In this document: in pieces, positions 57,483 through 64,000 of the stretch | How positions within the stretch are numbered: the first letter of the stretch is position 1 | How the letters are laid out: each line of letters starts with the position of its first letter | Source of the DNA: a virus | IMG/VR virus record: IMGVR_UViG_3300036985_003303 | Location: 53,347 to 117,346 of that record | DNA: 64,000 bases | Strand: one strand, 5' to 3' | The notes under the pieces: generated by a model | What the model was told of the DNA's origin: nothing | Database searches by the model: none | What the model saw: the letters and a program-made list of their open reading frames with translations, nothing else | Translations under genes and position numbers: made by a program

Positions 57483-57497
57483 ATATTTGTTTGTTTT

Positions 57498-57713
57498 TTA
57501 CAGGTTTGTTTTCTTTAGAAAGTAGGAATATACTCCAGGAATGTGCTTTTTGTAATAAGGTTGATTATCCTTGCACCAATCCTTTAATTCCTGCTTAGAA
57601 TTAAACGGTTTTTGCCATGAATTATTGTTCATGATCATGTTAAATGTTGGCTCTAGCTCATCAATAAAATTTTGAACCGTCCATCCTTCCCAAATGTGTT
57701 TGTCATTGCTCAT
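57498..57713 (-). CDS. Hypothetical phage protein, 71 aa
   Basis: HIWEGWTVQNFIDELEP...WCKDNQPYYKK; clean ORF with A-rich start context. Confidence 0.7.
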   Translation of the reverse strand: MSNDKHIWEGWTVQNFIDELEPTFNMIMNNNSWQKPFNSKQELKDWCKDNQPYYKKHIPGVYSYFLKKTNL

Positions 57714-57793
57714 ATTACTTACGTTTTAATCAGTTTTGCTTCCATTAGTCGTGAATGTTTGAGGTGATTTCAATGCTATCTAAAATCAGATAT

Positions 57794-58165
57794 TTACAAA
57801 GCTGTAAAGTATTCATAGCAAAGTATTAGTTGTAAATAGTGTAAAAATTGGTCAAGTCCAATCACAGGAAAGAACGCAGGAAACCCATAATACTTTTCTT
57901 GTTTGTAAAGTTTACTTGTCCATCGGCTTGTTAGGTAATCAGTAATAAAATGGCAAATGAATGTTGTAATTGTAAATAGTATTACGGGCATAGGTTTGAA
58001 GAAAAACAACCCGATAAAAAACCAAGTCATACTATAAACGAATATGTGAGCAAACAACCAGTAATTGTCTTTGCTTTTATTCATTGCCATTTTTTGCGTT
58101 TGCAATAGAAAGTCTGCAACCCAATGGATGAAGATTATTGCTATAATTTGATATTCCGTTTTCAT
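57794..58165 (-). CDS. DUF3307-like membrane protein with conserved His/Asp residues, 123 aa
   Basis: HWVADFLLQT...HIFVY...HFITDY...GLDQFLH with three or four hydrophobic helices. Confidence 0.75.
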   Translation of the reverse strand: MKTEYQIIAIIFIHWVADFLLQTQKMAMNKSKDNYWLFAHIFVYSMTWFFIGLFFFKPMPVILFTITTFICHFITDYLTSRWTSKLYKQEKYYGFPAFFPVIGLDQFLHYLQLILCYEYFTAL

Positions 58166-58176
58166 CTTATTCTGAT

Positions 58177-58449
58177 TTAAGTGTTGTTTTCTTTAATGTA
58201 CTTAGTGTAACAATTTTTTAGATACCTGCTAACCCATAAGTAGTCTTCTCTTTCAAGATAGTCTTCTAAGGCTGTATAAGCATGGTAATTGTCTGATAAA
58301 AGTTTATCAGTTTGGCGGTCATACATTAATGTATTTCCATTTTCATCTCCTTCTTGATAGTCACTATAAAAGTAGAAGTCTTCAGTAATCAGTGATAACC
58401 TGTATAGATTACCACTGATTGTCTTAGTTTTTTGAAGTTTAATTTTCAT
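58177..58449 (-). CDS. Hypothetical protein, 90 aa
   Basis: Start moved to ATG 58449 (MKIKLQKTK), which overlaps the end of the upstream small ORF. Confidence 0.6.
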   Translation of the reverse strand: MKIKLQKTKTISGNLYRLSLITEDFYFYSDYQEGDENGNTLMYDRQTDKLLSDNYHAYTALEDYLEREDYLWVSRYLKNCYTKYIKENNT

Positions 58450-58576
58450 TTTTCCATTCTTTCCAGACATCAAAGTCCTTTAGTTTTTCAATTTGTTTTT
58501 TCCATTCAGCTTGAAGTCTTTTTGCTATAGCCCACATAATGAAAGCTCCTGTAACAAATCCTATGATAAGTTCCAT
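58439..58576 (-). CDS. Small single-pass membrane protein, 45 aa (not in the ORF track)
   Basis: MELIIGFVTGAFIMWAIAKRLQAEWKKQIEKLKDFDVWKEWKNEN fills the gap between neighbours. Confidence 0.7.
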   Translation of the reverse strand: MELIIGFVTGAFIMWAIAKRLQAEWKKQIEKLKDFDVWKEWKNEN

Positions 58577-58577
58577 A

Positions 58578-58808
58578 TTATTCATTGTTTTCTAGGTTTT
58601 TGAATCCTCTATCTTCAGCCGCTTCACCGATACCATAATGGATCTGTTCCATTATCCAATCATTAGTCAAAGCTGATTCTAAGATGTCTTGTGCATCTTC
58701 ATTATCAAATACTGCAAATCGCAGTTTGACATCATCAACATGCCACAAGTTGTCTGTAAAGAAGCCTGCTTCCCGCAACACTTCTTTTGCTTTTTCTATT
58801 TCAGTCAT
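58578..58808 (-). CDS. Hypothetical protein, 76 aa
   Basis: MTEIEKAKEVLREAGFFTDNLWHVDDV...; ATGA overlap with the upstream ORF supports a start at 58808. Confidence 0.7.
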   Translation of the reverse strand: MTEIEKAKEVLREAGFFTDNLWHVDDVKLRFAVFDNEDAQDILESALTNDWIMEQIHYGIGEAAEDRGFKNLENNE

Positions 58809-58903
58809 GAAAAAAATATTAAAATTAAACATGTGATTGCAATTCCTGCAAGCATTCCTACTATTGAGCCATACAAAAATGCAGGCCAGTCTTTATCATT
58901 CAT
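58805..58903 (-). CDS. Small membrane peptide, 32 aa (not in the ORF track)
   Basis: MNDKDWPAFLYGSIVGMLAGIAITCLILIFFS; its TGA overlaps the next ATG. Confidence 0.6.
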   Translation of the reverse strand: MNDKDWPAFLYGSIVGMLAGIAITCLILIFFS

Positions 58904-58908
58904 AATTT

Positions 58909-59229
58909 TTATTTTGATGATAAACAATTAGAACAAAAGTTATCCATGGTGTTGTCATATTCATGACCACATTTGTAACAATGTTCTGGTTCTCTTTCAG
59001 AAACTAATTCTACATCTTCCGGATCATATTCTTTATCATCATCTGGATTTTCAGATAAGTGTCCTGGAATATACCCGCAGCGGTCTAATAGACTTTGCAC
59101 GGATTCTTTTACAAACCCTTGGGATTGTAGTTCAGTGATCATGTTTCTTCCAAATGTTAGTATGTCTTCATGATCAGAAAAATACCAACTAAGGAAATCT
59201 GATTCTTTTACTTTGATTTTTTCACTCAT
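58909..59229 (-). CDS. Acidic hypothetical protein with C-terminal zinc-ribbon, 106 aa
   Basis: C-terminal CYKC-x11-CSNC. Confidence 0.65.
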   Translation of the reverse strand: MSEKIKVKESDFLSWYFSDHEDILTFGRNMITELQSQGFVKESVQSLLDRCGYIPGHLSENPDDDKEYDPEDVELVSEREPEHCYKCGHEYDNTMDNFCSNCLSSK

Positions 59230-59240
59230 GTTTTTTGTTT

Positions 59241-59474
59241 TTAAAATTCAAGATATTCTACATTGTCTGCAGATAGTGCCTGTATTATAATCTTATCTTC
59301 TACAGGTAACTCTCTAAATAAATCAGCTAAAACAAAATCAATGTTATACTGATGAGAATCTCCGTCATGAGAATCTCCGTCATTTGATGACATAGATGGT
59401 GTAATGTTATTTCTAATTAACTCTTTGGCTTCACCTGACAAATCAGGATTATATTCTACAATAATTCTACTCAT
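59241..59474 (-). CDS. Hypothetical protein, 77 aa
   Basis: Clean ORF containing an in-frame 15-bp tandem duplication. Confidence 0.6.
   Translation of the reverse strand: MSRIIVEYNPDLSGEAKELIRNNITPSMSSNDGDSHDGDSHQYNIDFVLADLFRELPVEDKIIIQALSADNVEYLEF
59352..59381 (+). repeat. 15-bp tandem duplication ATGAGAATCTCCGTC x2 (DGDSH DGDSH on the minus strand)
   Basis: Read directly at 59352-59366 and 59367-59381. Confidence 0.9.
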
Positions 59475-59637
59475 GATTTTTTGAGATTAAATCCTGCGCA
59501 CATAAGCGCGCAAGATATAGTGAACATTTAAATTTTACTCTGATATGATCTTCTAGGGCTTTAGGAATAAAGTCTGAATAATCTTTCTTGTTTCTTTGCA
59601 TTGCATCAACAATGGTTCTTCTTTTGGTTGAAATCAT
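59467..59637 (-). CDS. Small basic protein, 56 aa (not in the ORF track)
   Basis: MISTKRRTIVDAMQRNKKDYSDFIPKALEDHIRVKFKCSLYLARLCAQDLISKNHE abuts both neighbours. Confidence 0.65.
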   Translation of the reverse strand: MISTKRRTIVDAMQRNKKDYSDFIPKALEDHIRVKFKCSLYLARLCAQDLISKNHE

Positions 59638-59913
59638 TTAGTACTCATCAGTATTTTCACTATTGTGATAAATGATTTCACCTTCCTCATTGTACAACTC
59701 TTGTGTTGCACTTCCTCCATTTTCTGAAGGAATCATAGGTTCTTCACATACTTGATCAGGACCTTGATGTAATTCATAAACTCCTTCTAGTTCATGAATC
59801 TCATATACTTCATCGCAATCAGAAGCCTTCAACATTGCAATTACTTTTTTTACTTTTTTATCTGGAATGTAGTATCTTATCCAGCTGGTAACTTTAAAAT
59901 CTAAATGTGCCAT
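59638..59913 (-). CDS. Acidic hypothetical protein, 91 aa
   Basis: MAHLDFKVTSWIRY...ENGGSATQELY; clean ORF. Confidence 0.65.
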   Translation of the reverse strand: MAHLDFKVTSWIRYYIPDKKVKKVIAMLKASDCDEVYEIHELEGVYELHQGPDQVCEEPMIPSENGGSATQELYNEEGEIIYHNSENTDEY

Positions 59914-59925
59914 CCGCTTCTATTT

Positions 59926-60270
59926 TTAAGGTTTATAATCAATTTTTATTTCTAAAAATAACCATGCATAACTAGCATGGATTCCTTTTAATCTTTTTGG
60001 AATTAATTTCCATTCCAATAAATTAATTTTTAATGTTATTTGTTTCATCAGTCTTGAATTTTTAATGTTTTTAATAATTTTAGTTAATTCTGCTAAACAA
60101 GTTTCTTCAGCTTCTTCATAGGTTTTAAACCCTTTATTCCAATGTAATACAGCTAAATGATTTGGTTTATAATAAATTACATAACCATAATCACCACCAT
60201 ATTCTGGTTCTACAAGTTGAACTAATCCAACATAACCGTACTCATCTCTTATTTTTTTTAAAGTTGGCAT
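59926..60270 (-). CDS. Hypothetical protein, 114 aa (possibly two fused small ORFs)
   Basis: FKTYEEAEETCLAELTKIIKN helix, then an internal MKQITLKINL... segment. Confidence 0.55.
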   Translation of the reverse strand: MPTLKKIRDEYGYVGLVQLVEPEYGGDYGYVIYYKPNHLAVLHWNKGFKTYEEAEETCLAELTKIIKNIKNSRLMKQITLKINLLEWKLIPKRLKGIHASYAWLFLEIKIDYKP

Positions 60271-60397
60271 GTTTATTTTTTATTTTATTAATAAATTCAG
60301 GAAAAGCCATAAACCAAAGAGCATATAAACCCATAATTGTTAGCAACAATAAACTTATTCCTAGTATAACTAATACTATTATTCCTATAATTTTCAT
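60242..60397 (-). CDS. Small membrane protein, 51 aa (not in the ORF track)
   Basis: MKIIGIIVLVILGISLLLLTIMGLYALWFMAFPEFINKIKNKHANFKKNKR; starts 1 nt after the helicase stop. Confidence 0.6.
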   Translation of the reverse strand: MKIIGIIVLVILGISLLLLTIMGLYALWFMAFPEFINKIKNKHANFKKNKR

Positions 60398-60398
60398 A

Positions 60399-61709
60399 CT
60401 AAACCATTTTTAGGTATTTGTTTTGTGTCACTTCTACTTTGCATTTTGCTCTTGTTATTGCGGTGTAAAACCATTTTGCTGAATCCCATACAGGCATTAG
60501 CCAGCTTGCATCAATGTAAACATTGTCCCATTCTTGCCCTTGAGCTTTGTGACAAGAGATTGCATACCCATAAGTAGCAATGATCACATCTTTGTTAAAG
60601 AAGTATCTGGTGGGACCATTGCGTGGAGTAAATTGAGTGACAAGAATTTTGTAAACATGATCTGGTACAACTGTAGTTCCATTCTTAATAGATTGAATAA
60701 TCTGTTGACCATGGAGGGAGGCTTCGGTTAAATTGGGAATTAACAGCGTCATGTGGAATGCATGTCTGTACAATAGAGCTGTGAATGATTTTACATCTCC
60801 ATCTTTTCTTCCTTCAATGCAAACTTCAAACTCAGAAACTAACTGTGCGTTGTTGATTGTGTAAATCTCACCATTGGAATAAGGCCCGGAATTGGATACA
60901 GACACAAGGATGTCATTGTTTTGAGCATACTTGTCAATTTCTCTGTCCCTGAACTTATATGCGCGGATTTTTTCATTGTAAACTACGCGTCTTTCATTAG
61001 TAGAAGTCAGTACTACATAGTTTCCATCACTGCTAATGTCTTTAGCAAGAGCTTTGCTGAACTTCTTAACGCTGGTCAAATCGGAATCTTCCGGTTGTTG
61101 GAAGCGTGGCTTCTTGTTAATTCGCATTTCTGTGGCGATTTTAAGCAATGAGCCGTCATATCTTTTGACTTCGGTAAGTTCATACCGGTTATGGTCAAAG
61201 AAGCTCTCAGGGTAACTTTTTTCCCAGTTGAAGATAAATGGGTTTTCTCCTACAGGTTCTAGTTGGAAACTATCTCCCATGAAGATCATTTTACATTTTT
61301 TCTCCGTGGCGTGTTTGATGAGAACTTCAAGTACATACTTGTCAATCATTGAGCATTCATCTACAATGTAAATGCCACGCACTCTAAGTGTTTTATCTAC
61401 AAAGAATGTATTCTTCTTGTCGCCAGCGGCAAATAAAGCAGAATGAATAGTTGAGTAGTCCAACATGGAGTTATCAATCTTTTCCTTTAATCGGTTTACT
61501 GCGGCATTGGTTGGTGCAAGTAGTGTTGCTTTGCATGCGTTGGCTATGTTTTCTGCAATGGTAGTTTTACCACAACCTGAATAACCTGCAAGCAAAAAGA
61601 AGTTGTCATCAGATTGCAAAAACTTGAACACTTTGTTGAGTGCTTGTTTCTGTCCGTCTGTGAAATCTATTGCCACTTTTCTGGCATTGAATAAGTCACT
61701 TATTGTCAT
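60399..61709 (-). CDS. Dda/RecD2-like superfamily 1B DNA helicase (436 aa from the internal ATG)
   Basis: GQKQAL, Walker A GYSGCGKT, LLAPTNAAV, TIHSAL, IVDECSMI, MGDSFQLEPV, YAISCHKAQGQEWDNV, WFYTAITRAK; ATG 61709 has an A-rich context (AAACAAAATAAAC). Confidence 0.9.
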   Translation of the reverse strand: MTISDLFNARKVAIDFTDGQKQALNKVFKFLQSDDNFFLLAGYSGCGKTTIAENIANACKATLLAPTNAAVNRLKEKIDNSMLDYSTIHSALFAAGDKKNTFFVDKTLRVRGIYIVDECSMIDKYVLEVLIKHATEKKCKMIFMGDSFQLEPVGENPFIFNWEKSYPESFFDHNRYELTEVKRYDGSLLKIATEMRINKKPRFQQPEDSDLTSVKKFSKALAKDISSDGNYVVLTSTNERRVVYNEKIRAYKFRDREIDKYAQNNDILVSVSNSGPYSNGEIYTINNAQLVSEFEVCIEGRKDGDVKSFTALLYRHAFHMTLLIPNLTEASLHGQQIIQSIKNGTTVVPDHVYKILVTQFTPRNGPTRYFFNKDVIIATYGYAISCHKAQGQEWDNVYIDASWLMPVWDSAKWFYTAITRAKCKVEVTQNKYLKMV

Positions 61710-62186
61710 GTTTATTTTGTTTAAATAGTTTTTGTAAGCTTCAGCTGCATCAATTTCATTTTTGTATATACCTAAGTATATTAATTTTCCATTGTGGTTG
61801 ATTTTTGATTCATAAGAACTTAATTTTTTATTATAGGATACACCAATGTACTTAGAAGAACCGTATATTTCTTTGGTGGTATTTTCTCTAGTTGTAAGTA
61901 GTTGAAGATTGCAGACTCTATTGTCTGTTTTAATGTTATTTATGTGATCTACTACAATTGAAAATTTACTTGGAGTGTGTTCTAAAAATGCCATTGCAAC
62001 AAGTTGATGTACTTTTAGAGTGATCTTCTTTTTATTTAAAGAAAGACTCACTTTGTAATACCCGCTTTTATGAAGGCTTGGTTTAAACAAGGTTACTTTA
62101 TTAAACCAATTTGAGCGAATGTTTCCTAGCGTGGATGCTTCATATTTTTCAAATTGAGGTATGACTTTCCATATTTCTTCTTCCAT
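61710..62186 (-). mobile_element. NUMOD4-HNH-AP2 homing endonuclease gene, open in frame into the helicase
   Basis: MEEEIWKVIPQFEKYEASTLGNIRS (NUMOD4), VHQLVAMAF...VDHINNIKTDNRVCNLQLLTTREN (HNH), SKYIGVSY...KLIYLGIYKNEIDAAEAY (AP2); no stop before the helicase. Confidence 0.9.
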
Positions 62187-62202
62187 GGGCTTTGTGATTA
62201 GT

Positions 62203-62248
62203 AGGTGATGATAGTAACCACACTTTCGCATGGCTACCACATCTACCT
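62203..62248 (-). ncRNA. Structured RNA hairpin with GAAA tetraloop upstream of the homing endonuclease
   Basis: Minus strand AGGT-A-GATG-TGGTAGCCATGC-GAAA-GTGTGGTTACTA-T-CATC-ACCT gives about 20 bp, including four G-U pairs. Confidence 0.6.
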
Positions 62249-62257
62249 TTGGGATTA

Positions 62258-64000
62258 TTACTTGTCAACTACAAAGAACTCTTTGGAGTCTAATTCAAAT
62301 ACAACATAGTCTACATCTTCTATGGTGTTAACTACGGTGCGTTTGTTTTTGTACTTGTCTTCTAAGATTTCAGCTACTGCTTCACGCATGCTGTCTGGAA
62401 TAAGACTCGGAGCTAAATCCACTTTTTGATTAGCATTTTCATCTGTGAACCATGGTATTTCATCTACTGGTTCATCATACTCTTCCATCATATCAAATAG
62501 GTGATCATGGCTTTCATCTGTAGCACCAATCAATCCATCATCAGGATTACCTTTCTCCACAATACCATGCTCCTCTTTGACCATTTCAATTTGCTCTTCA
62601 GACATTGGAATTACGTCATCAAACTCTGGAACACCTGCAGCTTGCAATAATTGAACATCACCTTCTTCAATGTATTCAACTAATTCTTCCAACTCTACAA
62701 GTTCTCCATAGCTTATTGATTCATTGTCTAATTCAGTCCTGATTTCTTCCAATCTTTCTTTCTTAGAATTAACATCATCAAACAAGGATGGTTCTTCTGG
62801 TCTGAATAATGTTTTTTCTTTTACCTGGTTCTGCGCTTGAATAAGATTTTCTACTGATTCCATTTCATCTTTTTCAGATTCTACTGAATGACCTACACAT
62901 GGAGTAATTGTACCTTCAGCTTCAAGTTGATTCCAATCTTCATCTTCTTCAGCATCTAGATCTACTGATGGTATTGAAACCTCTATGTCATTATCTACAC
63001 CATATAACTGATGAGCAAGTTCATCTTCAGTTAATACATCTTCCTTAGCTTCATTAGTGTCTAGAATGATTTCCTCAGACTGGTGCACATCTATATCAAA
63101 ATCAGACCCATTTTGCACCACTTGATTATCAGGTAGTTCTGCTTCTATATCTGCTTTAATAGCATCCCTTTCAATTGCTAATTCAGATAACTCTGCAATC
63201 TGATCAAGTATACTTATCTGATTAGGATCAACAAACTCTGACTCAGTTACAATTGGTGTTGCAACATATAATGGAGCTGGTGTACTAGTAGGAGCAAACT
63301 TATTTACTTCAGAAATAAACATGTGTAGTATCCTCTGGTCTTCCATCCAAGTTTTTGGATGTGAATGTTGCAATGCTGTAGTTACATAGTTATAAAAAGC
63401 CCATAAGCTATCTGCATTAGAAAATACATGCACTGGTCTTTTCATCTGGTCTCTGATCATACTAGCTTGTTCTGTAGTAAGAATCTGATACTCTGCAAAT
63501 AAGATCCCAAGCATCTGAGCTTGTTTCCTCTTATTCATAGTAATTAACTCCATACTAGCTTTATCAGAACACAACTGATTATAATACATGTGAGCATTAG
63601 CTACTTGTTCATCAATTGTATCTTGTGTCTCCGTGTCTGCAGTTCCTGTATGCTTTCTAGACCAGCTTCCCATATCACCGCAAACCATTACAGTTCCAGT
63701 TTTATTTACATAGGCACCAACACCACACTTAAATCTTACTTGTTTGTTATAACTGTTTGTCCAAGCAAACATCATGGATAATTCAGGGTCTGAATTATAA
63801 TTTAATTTATAAATACCTTGAGCAATCTGACCATCTGCAGTAGCTCTGTATTCTTCTTCTACAATAGTAAACCCAGCATTAGTTAGTGCAAGGGTTGACA
63901 TATCAATAACTGACTCATGGGAGATAACTGTATAAGTTTCTCCATGAGCTGGAAGAGCTACACTTATTAAATGTGCTTTTCCATACTCTTGAATTTTCTT
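62258..64000 (-). CDS. 5'-truncated DUF932-like protein with long acidic C-terminal tail
   Basis: Frame open to the window edge (KKIQEYGKAHLISVALPAHGETYTVISHESVIDM...); NSYNKQVRFKCGVG and YNYVTTALQH resemble DUF932-type proteins; the C-terminal ~330 aa are D/E-rich. Confidence 0.65.
   Translation of the reverse strand, partial: KKIQEYGKAHLISVALPAHGETYTVISHESVIDMSTLALTNAGFTIVEEEYRATADGQIAQGIYKLNYNSDPELSMMFAWTNSYNKQVRFKCGVGAYVNKTGTVMVCGDMGSWSRKHTGTADTETQDTIDEQVANAHMYYNQLCSDKASMELITMNKRKQAQMLGILFAEYQILTTEQASMIRDQMKRPVHVFSNADSLWAFYNYVTTALQHSHPKTWMEDQRILHMFISEVNKFAPTSTPAPLYVATPIVTESEFVDPNQISILDQIAELSELAIERDAIKADIEAELPDNQVVQNGSDFDIDVHQSEEIILDTNEAKEDVLTEDELAHQLYGVDNDIEVSIPSVDLDAEEDEDWNQLEAEGTITPCVGHSVESEKDEMESVENLIQAQNQVKEKTLFRPEEPSLFDDVNSKKERLEEIRTELDNESISYGELVELEELVEYIEEGDVQLLQAAGVPEFDDVIPMSEEQIEMVKEEHGIVEKGNPDDGLIGATDESHDHLFDMMEEYDEPVDEIPWFTDENANQKVDLAPSLIPDSMREAVAEILEDKYKNKRTVVNTIEDVDYVVFELDSKEFFVVDK

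Noticed and set aside
57719-57745. Micro-ORF MEAKLIKT on the minus strand
   Set aside because: Eight codons only; it could be a gene remnant but cannot be supported.
62187-62240. 18-codon extension of the endonuclease ORF (MVAMRKCG...)
   Set aside because: It runs through the RNA hairpin, and NUMOD4 proteins typically start at M-E-E-I-W-K, i.e. at 62186.
61710-62257. Group I intron carrying the HNH gene
   Set aside because: Only about 70 nt of non-coding sequence flank the ORF, too little for a catalytic core, and no interrupted exon pair is evident.
1-64000. Stop-codon reassignment, as seen in some crAss-like phages
   Set aside because: ORFs up to 4054 aa are intact in the standard code, and TAA, TAG (11266, 11870, 13517) and TGA (50526) all end genes at tight junctions.
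1-64000. tRNA genes, CRISPR arrays, IS elements
   Set aside because: Intergenic space is minimal, and no cloverleaf, spaced repeat array or transposase motif was seen by eye; tRNAscan-SE and a CRISPR finder would confirm.

Overview
The window is a 64 kb, AT-rich segment of a large tailed phage with crAss-like (Crassvirales-type) gene content, probably infecting a Bacteroidota host (A-rich start contexts without Shine-Dalgarno motifs, promoter-like motifs resembling the Bacteroidota -33/-7 type). The + strand (1-56549) is a continuous virion module. In order it has the end of a probable ring protein, a Dps/ferritin-like gene, a highly expressed 528-aa structural protein, a cluster of unusually Cys-rich hub, fibre and collagen proteins, an IHF/HU-like gene, two ring proteins, a 1635-aa muzzle-type protein, four cargo-type proteins and three tandem giant proteins (3237, 4054 and 2008 aa). 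The middle giant is a single-chain virion RNA polymerase (GADFDIDK catalytic motif), and all three carry HExxH-type metallopeptidase motifs. The - strand (56542-64000) holds small early/accessory genes, a MazG-like NTP pyrophosphatase, a DUF3307-like membrane protein, a NUMOD4-HNH-AP2 homing endonuclease fused in frame to a Dda-like helicase, and a truncated DUF932-like gene with a long acidic tail. The most striking observation is that the three giant proteins contain only four cysteines in about 9300 residues, all within four residues of the termini that face each other (A C-term/B N-term, B C-term/C N-term). This suggests a head-to-tail, probably disulfide-linked chain of ejected proteins. 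Protein assignments come from motifs and synteny read by eye; no database search was run.
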